Shown here in pieces: positions 38,309-52,850 of a DNA stretch of 64,000 bases. The translations under genes were made by a program, and so were the position numbers. Position 1 is the first letter of the stretch; every line of letters begins with the position of its first letter. This DNA comes from Octopus sinensis (lineage: Eukaryota), in assembly GCF_006345805.1 (NCBI RefSeq), contig NC_043004.1:52762001-52826000 (forward strand), in the 5' to 3' direction. A model generated the notes under the pieces. The model saw only the letters and a list, made by a program, of their open reading frames with translations, was not told the DNA's origin and searched no databases.

Positions 38309-41300
38309 ATATATATATATATATATAATATATATATATACATATATTTACATGTATGTATCTATATAAAATTGTTGACGAAAAATAAGGGTTAATGGGG
38401 AAAAAACGAAAGAAATTATCTGTCATTACATATCAGTCCTCGTAATTATTGATTTCTAACATTGGTACAAGAGCAATCTCTTTGGTTAAGATATAATGAA
38501 AAAAAACTAATCGATACCACTACGTGACTGTCACATTATTTTATCACCCTCTGTTAAGATGAAAGACAATCTTTTTACCCCGAAGCTATTTGAACAGAGA
38601 ACGTAAACAACGCCGACTGAATACTTCAACGTAAATTGTTTGCTGTTCTAAAGAATCATTTTTATACTTATAGATTGATACGTTGCTATAAACCTGTTAC
38701 ATTTGCAACGTCCCTATTTGCTGTTAAAGCATTAATATAACTGATAGGTGCACCGCAGTAAAATTTTTCGAATCATCAGATCACACATAACTATGGTCAG
38801 AGACATGATTATTGGTGTTCTATTTCTGACCCTCTTTATTTCCAGTTTAATAAATATTATTGCTATACTGATGGGGCTTGTGGTTTTGCAGCCTCAATAG
38901 ATTTCTGGAAAGAGATGCATTTCGATAATTGTTGCAGCTCAATATAGCACGAGTTCAAATCCCAACTAGGTCATCATTGGCTTTTTTCAAGTCTAGTACC
39001 GGAGTCACGTACTGGAATCAATGATATCGACTAATTCCTTATTCGAATTTGCTGATCCTGTGCCTAAATTCAGAATTATACTGTGCAACAAAATTTCTAG
39101 TTTTACTTTTGCCTTTGGTTAATAAGTATTATTTCATATTTGCTTCTATCTAAAAATCAAAAGGAAATGGCTTCTATTCCCTTCAAGCTTTGCTTTTTGT
39201 GACCTGCACGTTAATGTTTTTAAACTGACCTGTTTTCCATTGACTGATTCAGCGCTGATCTGCTGATGCGGAAATATCGTTATAACAAATATTCTGCTCA
39301 TTAACACAGACTGATTTGTAAGTTGCCTGACCCTAATCACTTGAGCTTGCCCCTTAATGACTGATCGTCATAGCGGGGTTCATTGGTATATGAATAAATA
39401 CAGTAACAAAAGCAAAGTTTGAAGGAACTGTAAGTCATTTTTCATACTTTCTAGGGGTAAGAAAATAGGACATAACAACTGCTACGTAAGAATAAAGATC
39501 CTGTAACACAGCGTTATACTTATGGCGCCGACCTAGCCTTGTAGTAAGATAGTCGTTAAAATATCTTGTCATATTTTGCTTTACAGTTTACTAACTCAGT
39601 TCATATCCAGTCGAAGTCTTCTTCGTTTATCATCTTTTTATGATTTACTTATATACCACTTAATTACTATAGAAATCGATGGTAAGAACTATCTCCTCCA
39701 TTCATATTTGATGGACTGTGCCGTTATTTCTAAGATATTGTTATTTCTAAGATATTTCTAAACTAGAATATCGAAAGCAACATTTATTTTTAAAAAGTAT
39801 TGTTAAATTTGACGGAAATTTCTTCACGCATCCAGCAGATTAGCTGTTCTTTGGTTTGAGAATTATTTACCAATGTGGTATTCTGTTTGGACATTACGTC
39901 TTCATATAAATCTCGATTAAGTATCTTTGGATATTCCGAAACGATATGCAAAAGACAATCTCCAGTATCGTTTTTTGATGGCGTTTATTCATACGGACTC
40001 TAAATATAATCACATAAGATTACTTATAATTTGGCTAAATTGTTTTAAAGTTCTGCCGACAATCTTCATTTCGTCCATGAATATTCCTTCGGTTTAGTAC
40101 TGATACATCCAAATAATTCAGAAAATATTTGAAGTTAGTATCCATAATCAAGTGCGAAAAATATACACAATTATAGAATTTGTGTGGAATATACGATTCT
40201 TTTCGAAAATATTATACTAAAGTACTTTTTAAAGTTAATTCAATTATGTTTCTAATTAGTGACATTTTCCACTGACCTGTTACAGTGTAGCATATTCTTA
40301 GTTATTCTGCCATAAACCAAACAGTCCGAATTTCTAGGAAGCTTTTATAAAATTTATTGCCAACATCCAGAAAAAAAATTACTGTTTATGCAATAATACA
40401 GCTACATATTTGCAAAATATTTGCAAAATTGTTACGTATAATACGGAACGCACATACATTCATACATATTTATATTTAGAGTTAACATGGTCTGTGCACA
40501 TGGAGAAGATGCTAATACCTGGAGCGGTTCACATGTGTTCCTACGATACAATGTGCATGTCACAATTCTGTCAAGCGACATATTAGAAATAGCCGACAAA
40601 TCACCCTCAGCTCTGAATATTAAAACTAAAGCATTGAACATTAAATCTAAAGCATTGAATAGAGCCATTCTGGATGCTGTCTCTTTGATAACTAGGCGGG
40701 ATGCTCGTTGCTTGAACGTTCTATTCACCATAGGTATATTGCATTAAAGCTCAGTCTACGAGTACATAATTTGCGGGTTACTTAATCATACGCAGTCACA
40801 CATCTTTCCAGAAACAGCAGTCAAAATCTCATATATTATAGATATTGCCTTTAAAGACTAATAACATATGTACTCTTAGATACCGACTATATAACTAGAT
40901 ATAAATGGACGATGGAATCATAGATATAGAAATACGAAACGTGATGGTCATGTCTGGCTAGGATTTACTTGTTCATTTATTAGCTCTATCGAAGCTGACA
41001 TTAGTCTAATCAAGCTCAACAATTACAACAACAGCATCATGTCACTGCTGTAGTTTACAACATAATTAGGTAATTGGCCAATAAAAAAAAATCTCCTTAC
41101 AGCTCTTATATCTTCTCATAACTCTACTATAGAAATATGATGCGTTTGCTGTGTGTAATTTTCTAAGACAAGCTATTTAAAGAAGAAGACTTCAATGGTG
41201 CCCCTTGAGTGTTGAATGGGTTATTATCATTGGACGCGCATTTTTTTTATCAATAGTGCAGCGATTTTCTTTCAAGCTGGCTGAAACACTGCAATCTAGA

Positions 41301-42084
41301 TAAATATCTGTCAGAGTAATGCTTTCATCCTTGTTTGAAATCAGAAACATATCAATTTTTCCTATAGGGTAGTTAGTCTATAGATTTTATATTTCTCAAG
41401 AGTGGAAGCAGATCAAACGAAACTTACGCTCTTTTTCTCTTCCAGGGAGCCATGAAAAAAATCGATACGTTGTTTGTAACAAGTAGATTAGATCTTACAA
41501 CATGGGATATCAATTTAATATATTTGGTTATGAAATGGCGATGATAATGGCTAAGATACTAAAGCGTTCAAGGAAATGCATTAGAGTATTTAGTTAACAG
41601 TCGGTGTGCACTTAATGCATTACTGTATTTAATGTAGGTTCTATAAGTTGTACGTTCAAATGCTGTTTGAATATATTGCGTCCTTTATCACTTTACTCTA
41701 GATAAAATAAGTAGCAATAAATATATGATGATCGATTTAATCAAGAATACAACTTTTCTTGTTAAACGTAACTTTATAGCAGGTTTCAAGCGGTGAGTTC
41801 ACATAAAAAGGGAGAGCACTGCACTGAACTGAAGATTTAACGTTGCTTTTCTTATAACGTGTCATTTTAGGTTCCAAGTTCGATTTCTGTAGAGTGAAAT
41901 AGTTTTAAAAACATGCCTATTTAGTGCTCATGAAACGTACTGTACCACCTGCTTTCACACAATCAACGTGACCAACGTAACCTAAACTCGAACCTGCTAA
42001 ATTTTGTAGTGAAATTGTAGTGCAATGACTAAAACATATGCCCCATTATCAGACTATTTTCTTTAGTCATTGTACGGTAATCGC

Positions 42085-42436
42085 TTATAAGATTTAAGCT
42101 TGCTTCCCAATCATATGCTTTCGGGTTCAGTCCCACTGTGTGGCACTTTAGGCAAGTATCTTCTGCTATAGCCTCAGGCCAACCAAAGCCTTGACAGTGG
42201 ATTTGGTAGATGGTATCTGAAAGAAGCCCTATATATGTATGTGAATGAATTTGCGTCTGTGTTTGTCCCCCGACCATCGCCTGACAACAGATGCTGGTGT
42301 GTTTACGTCACCGTAACCTATCGGTTCGGGAAAAGAGACAAGTAGAATAAGTACTAGGCTTACAAAGAAGAAGTCCCTGGGTCGATTTGTTCGACTAAAG
42401 GCGGTCTCCCAGCATCGCCGCAGTCAAATAACTGAG
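42085..42436 (+). mobile_element. SINE family 1, diverged
   Basis: gggttcagtcccactgtgtggcactttaggcaagt...cgactaaaggcggtctcccagcatcgccgcagtcaaataactga. Confidence 0.8.
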
Positions 42437-42766
42437 TGCGTAGGAGTAAAGAGAGGAAGTAGGAGTCAGAGGAAGAGAGGAGAAATGGGTAGGAGTGAGT
42501 AGAGGAAGTAGGTGTCAGAAGAAGAGATGAGAGGAGGGAAGCAGATGAAGAGGAGATAGGAGTTGAGCTCACTTGGCGAAAAGGAGCGAAAAGAGAAAAA
42601 AAATGCAGTTCAAGGCTAAGGTGGGAATCCGGATGCCCCCCGTGCAAAGACAATCCGAACACAGACAGGTGTTATAGTGAAAGACTGGTAGAGCGGAAAT
42701 GGCGTGGGAACGGGTTGGCATTGCCGAGTATATATACAGATATATATATTTATACATATCTATCTT

Positions 42767-42853
<87 letters not shown>

Positions 42854-43313
42854 CTAGTTTTTAACATATGCACACTTCCCCCCACTATTTGATGACGCCT
42901 GATCAAAGGTGGAGGCTGGTGGCATTTGATAAATCTAACGAAGATGGTGCTGAAGAAAGACATTAGGCAATTTCTCGCCTACGATCTAGAAACAAGTTCA
43001 CCATTAACGGAAAGGGATTGTTTTCGTTTATTTACTCCTCCTGTTTTGCGTATGTGAATTGCAGTGTTATGTCGTATATAGAGCCCCCACTTGTAGAAAA
43101 TAGAAATAAACAGTCTCTGGCTGCTATTTCTAATTCTTTCGGTATGCGGCAGAGCAACCTGTGGCCTGCCCTTTTACTTATATTCCATATATATACTGAA
43201 TTCTACAGAAGTTCCCGATGCTAAAGGTCATATTTACATACCGAAATCTACCGGTAAATAATTGTTGGTTGTCTGAAAAACCATCGAAAAAATTATTTAC
43301 CCTTTTATTATAT

Positions 43314-43383
<70 letters not shown>

Positions 43384-43391
43384 TATATATA

Positions 43392-43441
<50 letters not shown>

Positions 43442-43636
43442 AATCCAAACATGTACTAAGAGAAAACACAACGCGATGACGTGAAACAAGTATAGTGTTA
43501 TTGGACGCTCAGAAAAGGAAACAAAGAAGGAGTATTTAAAATATATATATACGTTTATGTCAAAAAGCGTTTCCCAAGCTGTAAGTTCATACATAAGTCC
43601 ACTTTACTGAAATCTCTGGTATATGTATATGGTATA

Positions 43637-44191
43637 CGAGCAAAACACCCCCCGTCCAATGGACGGTGCTGAGTTGTCAAACATTTAAACAAAATTTTCT
43701 CAAAACAACTTGTCCGACCGTACCTTAGGCCTCCCCTTTGAAGAACACTGATTTAACCTAAATCTGAGACACCAGCGAAAGAAGAAATAAAGATAGACTT
43801 TTCTTCTATTCCAAAGAAACACGATTTTATTCATACAAATATGCAACCGAACAGTTTAAAGTACCAGTAATGATAAGGCTGTTGACGGGGAGAACACAAA
43901 CATGGTTTAAACAGTAAGCTAGGCAGGAAAGACACGTGCCTTTAAGCAATACAAAAACAACAAAAAATGGAAGGTGCAGTTATGTACAGGTTGACGGACA
44001 AAATGCAGGACAAAAACGGCTTTATCGATTGCATTCTCACCTGGAATCAATTTTTGTAATTTTTTCAAGACTTATACACGCCCTGATACCGTCGGTATCT
44101 ACATATCAAATGTGAGGGCAATCGGATGGAGGATGCCCGAGATCCGAGAAGACACACACACAAACAGACAGAGCGGATTTTATATGAGAGA
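43637..44191 (-). mobile_element. Non-autonomous Helitron, second family
   Basis: Minus strand starts TC at 44191, ends CTCG|T; subterminal hairpin ccgtcc-aat-ggacgg; acagac...ttttatat..gat end like the 5730-6245 element. Confidence 0.62.
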
Positions 44192-44496
44192 TATATCCCC
44201 CCAAACCTGGAAAGGACATCGATCCCTTCCAGGATTACTCTCTTTTGCCACTTGAGAGGAATGGACTAGATCAACTTGGAATCTTATGTTTTCCTACAGA
44301 ACACAAGGCATCGTCATCTCCAATAATCAAAACCACAATTTTGCGATCATGAGTGCAGTGCACAAGCAACTGACCGACGTGTCTCCAAATACTCACAAAC
44401 ATATACCACCCCGCACACACACTATCTCAAACACATGTGATTTGAATGTGCATAATTAAATATGCATATATACATACATAGATATATAATACATAC

Positions 44497-44550
<54 letters not shown>

Positions 44551-45206
44551 ATACCTACATATAAAAATGTGTGTGTTTGCGCAGGTATGTGAGTGTGTAT
44601 GTGTGCGGGTTAAACTGGGGTCGACATTTAGGTACAGTAGTATAAAAGTATAGAATATGAATGTAAAATATATCTTCCTTCATTGTTCAGAGTTCGGCAT
44701 TTTACCAATTTTGCTTTCTGGAAGAACCAATTTTAACTGAGGAAATGGAGTATTCCCGAGTTCTAAGAGAAACCTATACATTTGTACCTGCTTTCCTATC
44801 TCTGAAATTGATCAAATATTTCAAATATACTATTAGCCATCATTTATACACCACACACGCGTACACAAACATACGCGCTCGCATAAACTCGTTCATCATT
44901 ATATATGATTGGATCTACATTTGTGAATTATTATGAAGTTAAAATGAAATATACTTAACATCAATGACGTACGTGTGTGCGCAAATGTGAAATCGCGTCT
45001 ATAAGTGTATGTCAATATGTACACATGCACACACTCACAAACTTATGTACACATAACTATAATATACGCATACACATATACATACACATGCATATGATCG
45101 ATATCATATTTACAGATGTACATTACACAAACACTCAAAATGGCCACAAAAACAGAAATACACAGAGGCGTTTCTCTTAGTCCCTTTCACCCTTGTTCCA
45201 CAAAAT

Positions 45207-45264
<58 letters not shown>

Positions 45265-45350
45265 TGTATACATTTATAGCCATACCTATATACATGCATA
45301 CATATATATATACATATATATACATACATACATACATACATACATACATA

Positions 45351-45397
<47 letters not shown>

Positions 45398-45509
45398 TTA
45401 TATATGTAGTTATCCATATTTACATAGATTGATAATGATATAGGTACGTATTAATATAACTTAACTCGCTATCTATATAGGAAAGCATATGTATGTATCT
45501 ATGTATATG

Positions 45510-45554
<45 letters not shown>

Positions 45555-47019
45555 GTGTGTGTGTTTGTGTGTGTATATGTGTTTGTATGCATGTATGAAC
45601 GTATGTACGTGTGTATGCGCGTGTATTCGCGTGTATGTGTGTATGTGTACGAATGTGTATTCACTTCCATCTTCACAGAATATAAATCTATTTTATCTCA
45701 ACGCATCGTAATTTTCAATAACCGCTTCTGGCTTCCTTCATCTTCATACTTCTCAGTTTTCTTTCATTCTAATTTTATATATTATAACATTATTTATTTA
45801 CTTCTCTAATATTCTCATTTCGACATTTCTCTCCAACTATCTTAATAAACTATTCTTTGATCCGCTCCACAGCAAACCATATCGTATAATATCTATTTTC
45901 TCTGGCAAATTCCAACCTTTGATTTCTACCGATTTTCTTAGTGTACTTTGCTTTCTTCAGTCTTAGAAAAAAAAAAAGTATTATTTTCTTAACCAAAATA
46001 GAAAAGATAAATTTCAGTCCTCTTGTACATTTCTTGTTGCCTTTTGTATTCCTGTATCTCGCTGTCTCTCGTATTTCTTTATTAGGTAATTCCATATAAA
46101 AATATTACTGAGCGGATGCCAATATGATGAGGTCATGTAGTTTAGTGGAAAGTGTATGACTGTTGATTAGATCCATCTCTGTCCATTACTGGTAGAGATT
46201 TAGAGAAAGATGTTGTATATTATATTCTCGATAACGTGTATCACATGTCTTCCCCCACCAAAAAAAACCAGCCCTCTACATTTTCAGGAATCCATTGATA
46301 AAATTTGCTCATGTACTCAGGGTAGGATGTCTTTATTTTCGTTAGCGTTACCATCGCCGTCAACACCACTACAATTATCGTTATAGTCGTCAACAACATC
46401 AACAGCAATAACAGCAACAATAACAAAAACAGCAACAACCATAGCTTTAGCAGCAGTGACAACAACATAGAAAGCAACGGCATCAGCCATAACAGCCAAA
46501 TCCAAAGAATAAATCGTTCGTATAAAGTATAATCTAAAATGGATTTATAGAATAAAGCACATTCAAATAAATGCCTCTGTTATTGTTCCTCTTAATGCTG
46601 TTGCTGCCACTGCTACTGTCGTTGTTATTTGTTGCGGCTGCTTCTGCTGCTGCTGCTGCTGCTGTTGTTGTTGTTGTTGTTGTTCTTCTTCTTCTTCTTC
46701 TCCTCTCCTCCTCCTCCTCCTTCTTCTTCTTCTTCTTCTTCTTCTTCTTCTCTTCTTCTTCTTCCAATCAGGACTCACGCCATTAGCCACAAAAAATAAT
46801 CTCTAATTCGAGCCTAATCTATGCTACTAAGAATGCGTGAGGCAATAGACTGGCGGTTGCACTGGCGCGAAAGCTACGTTGTTATCCTCTTTCCGTAAAC
46901 GGTGGCTTTTAACGGGTGTAGAGCTGAACCATCCTGGGGTACAGACGATTCGCAATCTAGACTAGGGTCTGAAAGTTTACCACACCTTAGTGGGTTACAC
47001 CATGGTTCCTCTGCTTTGT

Positions 47020-47219
47020 AGCAGAAGTAGGAATAAAGAGTGAGAGAAAATTGTGGTGAAAGAGTACAGCGGAGTTCACTATCACCCCATGCCGGAGCCT
47101 CGTAGAGCTTAGGTGTATATTTTTGCTCAGTAAACTATCACATTGCCCGGTCTTGGAATCGAAACCGCGTTCTTACGACCGCGAGTTCGCTGCCCTAACC
47201 ACTGGGCCATTGCGCCTCC
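47020..47219 (-). mobile_element. SINE family 2
   Basis: Reverse complement ggaggcgcaatggcccagtggttagggcagcg...ggtttcgattcc; homologous to 12750-12890. Confidence 0.8.
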
Positions 47220-47497
47220 ACTGCTGCTGTTGTTGAGACTACAGGGTTCATTAGTGTGGTTTTTTTTACTGAATTGTCACGGTTGCTGTACATACCAAGG
47301 TCGATGCTGGGTCTGTTGTTGCCTGTTTTCCTTGTTTTCATGGTAGTCACTCTTACACAGGTTTTCGGTCTAAAGAGTATTGCTTTTATTCCAGGCGTGA
47401 ATGTGTTATCGTAAGTACCGTAAGTATTATAAGGCTGGCATTTTCGTGCTTCTTTGTATGCTAACTGACGGAGAGGGATACTATTATTATCATCATT

Positions 47498-47704
47498 AAG
47501 GCAGCAAGCTGGCAGAATTGTTAGCACCCTGGGGGAAAAGATTAGCGACATTTCGCCCATCTTCACGATCTGGGTTCAAATTCCAGTGAGGTTGCCTTTC
47601 ATCTTTTCGGGGCCTATAAATTACCTACCAGTCAAGTATATAGGTCGATGTAATCGATTATCCCCCTCGCCACAAAAATCCAGGCCTTGTGCCTATAGTA
47701 GAAA

Positions 47705-47769
<65 letters not shown>
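47498..47769 (+). mobile_element. SINE family 3, full length with (ATT)n tail
   Basis: aaggcagcaagctggcagaattgttagcac...gggttcaaattcc...ggccttgtgcctatagtagaaa-(ATT)n. Confidence 0.85.
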
Positions 47770-47912
47770 GGTTTGATTTGTGCTTTGTATTTGTACAAGT
47801 TGACTCCAAGACTCACCCAGAGACAAGTTAGAAGTTCATGTTGGTGTTATGCCTAGGGTGTCATATATTTGGTTTTGTACTTAATGTTGTTATTATTATA
47901 TTATTATTATTA

Positions 47913-47986
<74 letters not shown>

Positions 47987-48660
47987 CTACTGCTACTGCT
48001 ACTATTATTATCATTCGTTTGGGTCAGGTTTGTTCTTATTCCTGCAAGGATTCATATGGGTAGCAGGTTACAACCTCGAAACTTAGGTATCCACAAGTTT
48101 TCGTCAGTCTTTCAAGTGTTTAGAGGTCCTGTTAATCCTTGCTGTCCCTAAGAGATACACTTTCTGTAGGACCTCTACTGGGCTTTCTATTTCAATCGCC
48201 TTCAGCCGTTTGTCTATATCTTTCACCTACTTTGCTGATAATTCTGGCCGTACCAAAGAAGCAAGCTGTTTTGTAATAAGCTCTACCTAGAATTCTATTT
48301 TCGCTTTATTTATGCTCCACTCAATATCTTTTGATACTATCCCCAAGTACCCGACATTAATTGTCTCTATTTCCACCCATTCCCTCATGCAATCTCAGTT
48401 TATTTCATATTAAAGAGGATAATATAAATTGCTTGCCTTTCTTCTTCACTACTCGTGGATCACATACAGTAAACATGCAGTTTACTTCGTCAATCACCAT
48501 TAGCTTCGGCTTGTTGTGCTCAAACATATTCTGTGATTGAACTGGGAAATCCCACAGGACTTTGCAAAGCTCCGAGTCAGTCACTCTTTATGGTCTGTTG
48601 TCATGACGTGCCTCTTCACCCTCTAATCCTTAATTTTAAACAGTTTCCAATGCAGAAAAT
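47770..48660 (-). mobile_element. Two stacked R4/Dong 3' fragments
   Basis: Minus strand: FLHWKL...VLWDFPVQSQNMFEHNKP...CFFGTARII (48660-48236), then IESPVEVLQKVYLLGTARI plus 3' UTR split by (TAT)n. Confidence 0.75.
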
Positions 48661-48759
48661 TTAACCTATATAGCCGCAATTGAGAACATTCGTTCACTAA
48701 ATGAGCATTAATTGCATCATCCCCACCACCACCACCACCACCACCACTACCAAACATAT

Positions 48760-49040
48760 CGAAGAGAAACCTCTGCATGGCCAATTCTGGAGAGCTGCCG
48801 AAGACTACGTGAAAGAAAATCGTAGGTTTGTTTAAAAAAGGGGGAATTAAAAAAAAAGGAAACAGAGAGCCTAATTATAGCAGCCCAAGATCAAGCGATA
48901 TAAACAAACAACTTCAGAGAGAATGTGTCATAAAAATGTAGAGCCTGTGGAACTTGGAACGAGACAGTGACACACATTGTGGAAGAGCGGATCAAGTTGG
49001 CATAGGAGGAATATAAGAAATGGAAGCACAAGGTTGCTAA
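48760..49040 (+). mobile_element. R4/Dong fragment (pre-RLE zinc-knuckle region), opposite orientation
   Basis: EEKPLHGQF, ETESLIIAAQDQAI, KCRACGTWNETVTHIV, YKKWKHKVAK. Confidence 0.78.
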
Positions 49041-49619
49041 GCATTTCGTCCAGTTCGCCGCCTAATACAAGGACAGCAATTTCGCGGGAGGGGAAAAGTC
49101 AAAGACATCGACCTTAATGCTCAACTGATACTTATTTTATCGAGCTCGAACGATGAAACGCAAAGTCGACCTCGGTGGAACGTAAAGATGGACGAAAAAC
49201 AATGGTTTCAAATCTTGCCACAACAGCAGCAGTTTTATGGGAGTGGATGAGTCGATTCACTGGTACTTGATGTACCGACTCCGAAATGATGAAAGGCAAA
49301 GTCAACCTCGGTAGAACTTGAACTTTGAACGTAATGACGCGGGAAATTCCGCTATGCATTCTGCTCGGCGTGCTAACGATTCTTCGACCTCGCCGCCTTA
49401 ATGGTTTCCAATTTAATCACAAGGGCAGCAAACTTGCGAAAGGGGTTCAGTCGATTATATCGACTTCAGTGTTCAATTGGAAATTTATTTTATCAAAGCC
49501 CAAAAGGAGAAAAGGCAAAATCGACATCGGCGGAATCTGAACTCAGAAGAGTTCGACGGGTGTAATTACTGATAAGCATCTTTTCCAGCATGCTAACGAT
49601 TCTACCAGCTTGCTGCCTT
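49037..49619 (-). mobile_element. Head-to-tail stack of 3-4 SINE family 3 copies/fragments
   Basis: Repeated reverse-complement heads ending gccgcct at ~49065 and ~49399 and gctgcctt at ~49619. Confidence 0.75.
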
Positions 49620-49673
49620 TTTCATAACATTAATAATAATGATAGTAACAACAACAACAACAACAACAACAAC

Positions 49674-49719
<46 letters not shown>

Positions 49720-49763
49720 TAATAATAATAATAATAATATTAATAATAATAATAATAATAATT

Positions 49764-50818
49764 GATCTCGTGCAGGATACCCAAACTGAACAACCCGAGG
49801 GAAGTACGGCAACTATTGTTGCAAAGAAGGTGAAAATGATGGCAATGAAAAAAGCACACGAGCATTTGGCTGATAGGTGGGAGGAGAACCTCTGCACGGC
49901 AAATATGTGACCCGCAGCAAACAAGCTGATGTTGACCAGAAGCAAACCCATCAGTGGCTACGGAGCTCAGGGCTAAAAGCAGAGAGCGAAGGTTTCATCC
50001 TGGCTGCTCAAGATCAAAGCCTATTAACCCGGAACTACCAGGCCAATGTGATGAAAAATGGAGCAGACCCAAAATGCCGATTCTGCAACGACATGATTGA
50101 AACAGTGGACCACCTAATCTCTGGATGTAAAGTCTTAGCACCAGTGGAGTATAAATTAAGACATGACAGAGTTGGCCAATATCTCCACTGGCTAATAAGT
50201 CGGCATTACAATATCAAAACTGCCGACAAGTGGTATAATCACCACCCTGAGGCTGTAACTGAAGGAGATAATGTAACCATTCTGTGGGACTTTCCAGTAC
50301 ATACAGACCGAACCATCAAGGCCAATAAACCAGATATTGTTTTGAAAGACCAAAACAATAAAGTTTGCTTATTAATCGACATGAGCATCCCCTGTGATCA
50401 TAATATCTCAGCGAAAGAGTTTGACAAGCTCAGAAAATATAAAGACCTACTCATTGAAATTGAGAAAATGTGGCATCTCAAGGCGGTTACAATACCAGTG
50501 ATCGTAGGAGCACTAGGAATGATCAAGAAGGGAACCGAAAATTATATGAGAATGATCCCTGGCTTACCATCCCTGCAAGAAGTGCAAAAGATTGTCTTAA
50601 CTGGTACATCACACGTATTGAGAAGAGCATTGTCGATGTGAGAACTGTTGCAGCTCATGTATTTTAATTTAACTTTAAAAAAAAAAAAAAAAAATTAACG
50701 AACTACTGAGTTTGGTTTAATGGCCTACCAGTGTATACTATAAGTTTCTTTGCCCTAGGAGTCGGGAAGACACTCGGCAAGAAATGGAAGCAAATTTGAA
50801 AGAAGAAGAAAAAAAAAG
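49764..50818 (+). mobile_element. 5'-truncated R4/Dong-clade LINE inserted in (TAA)n
   Basis: Well-preserved C-terminal ORF and 3' UTR; (AAT)n on both sides (49635-49763, 50818-50940). Confidence 0.92.
49877..50641 (+). CDS. R4/Dong ORF C-terminus: CCHC zinc knuckle + restriction-like endonuclease (fragment)
   Basis: PLHGKY, AAQDQSL, KCRFCNDMIETVDHLISGC, RHDRVG, LWDFPVHTDRTIKANKPD, IDMSIP, KLRKY, VGALG; upstream reading joins via a 1-bp frameshift near 49886. Confidence 0.9.
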   Translation: MGGEPLHGKYVTRSKQADVDQKQTHQWLRSSGLKAESEGFILAAQDQSLLTRNYQANVMKNGADPKCRFCNDMIETVDHLISGCKVLAPVEYKLRHDRVGQYLHWLISRHYNIKTADKWYNHHPEAVTEGDNVTILWDFPVHTDRTIKANKPDIVLKDQNNKVCLLIDMSIPCDHNISAKEFDKLRKYKDLLIEIEKMWHLKAVTIPVIVGALGMIKKGTENYMRMIPGLPSLQEVQKIVLTGTSHVLRRALSM

Positions 50819-50843
50819 TAATAATAATAATAATAATAATAAT

Positions 50844-50941
<98 letters not shown>

Positions 50942-51210
50942 GCATTTGTGTAGTGTTCAAAGAAGAAGAGGATATAAGTCTTAGTTTTTTCTAAATACAG
51001 GCACATAATCATTTCACATATTTGTTGTTTATTCTTATTCCAGTAAATGTAATTGGACCTTTTTCGAAATATTCTAGTATTATTAGACAAATCTCTTCAA
51101 ACAATTACTCTTCAGTCTACTATTACTGGTGAGCCACCCAATAGCTTATCCTCCTGCGTTATTGTTTCTTTAATTAGTTACCATAAGCATTATAGCTATA
51201 TATATATATT

Positions 51211-51280
<70 letters not shown>

Positions 51281-51493
51281 TAGTGCCATTGGAAAGACCG
51301 CAAACTTGAAGTTCAACGACGAGACACAAGTGGATTCTATATTACAACAGAAGAAATATAGCGCACGGGTTATTTAAGTTCTGTTATTGTTCTTCTGTTT
51401 CACTTTTCACACTATCATTGCCACAGGGAAAAGTACTGTACTACGTTTGTCTCTTATTCCGTAGTGTTGCTGTTTTATACAAACTTCTAAATG

Positions 51494-51568
<75 letters not shown>

Positions 51569-51749
51569 GAGAGTGAATAATGTGTTTGAGTGTATAGCTG
51601 TATAGTTCTGTGTGATTTAGAATCAAATTTATTTACTGATGAGTTGTCAGTGTGAGAACTTTTTGTATGTATGTGTGCATTTGTCATTCTATCTGCCGTT
51701 GTGTATGCAAGCGTGTGTGTTTCTCTCTGCCTATCAGGGCATAGGCATT

Positions 51750-51782
<33 letters not shown>

Positions 51783-52813
51783 ATCTGTATGTATGTGTAT
51801 CTATCTATATATCTATCTATCTATATATCTATCTATCTATATATCTATCTATCTATCTATATATATATATATATATAATATATATATATATATATACACG
51901 CTTGCACACATACACACACACGTGTGTATTGAGAAAAAGTAGCCAATCAGAATTTTTGATAATTCTTTATTAGCGCTTTCGTTCGTTTTCCAAACTAGTC
52001 AAAACAAGATCATATACATGTAAATATATACATATATATATACACATATATATACATTTTTATATTTGTATGTATATATATATATATATTTGTATGTATG
52101 TATGTATATGTATATGCATATATACATGTATATAAGTATATGCACATGCATATAACTATGCATTAGATCCCTTAGAAGAAAGCAGCGACTGCATACGAAA
52201 CCAAGGAAGGAAAAACGGTGAAATGTTACACAAATGCAAATGCAAATAACAGGAAATAACAACAGGTGTCTTTCGACTAAGAACGAATTAGATTAAGCTG
52301 ACGTTTGTGGAAGTGAAGCACTACGGCAGGGACTTATGATTTGACAGGCACAGTGAGGAACATAGATGTTGCACGGATTGTAGTTGAACCAAGAAAGAAA
52401 GGTCAGGCTTTGGACGAACATCGTTCATGTGAGGAGAGAAGAGAGAGAAGTAGATGCAGAGGAATAGAAGAATCATGGAAGGTCGAGAAAACAAATTAAA
52501 AGGACACATTGAAGTGAAAGGAAGATCAGGCTTGGCTGAAAACCGAATACGTAGGGGGATAAGAGAGTGGGGAAGAGGCAGAGGGGAATAAGGATTGAAG
52601 AGGGGAGAGATAAAATGAAAGGGACATAGTGAAGTGAAAAGAGGAGGGAAAGAGAGCAAGAAGAGAAGGCAAGTAAGTGTGAGGGAAGGAGAACAAAAAC
52701 ACGAAGAGTGGAATGAACGAAATTAGCGTGAAAGGGTTGCTAGAAGGAAAAAAGAAAGAGTAAAAGAAAGAATAAGTTCGTACAAGATTTAGATAAATAC
52801 ATACTTACATTTT

Positions 52814-52850
<37 letters not shown>

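Noticed and set aside
39790-40150. Coding-like minus-strand stretch (DTGDCLLHIVSEYPKIL...)
   Set aside because: Short, broken and unassignable without a homology search.
51636-51670. CUGAUGAG motif
   Set aside because: No downstream GAAA or stems; chance match.
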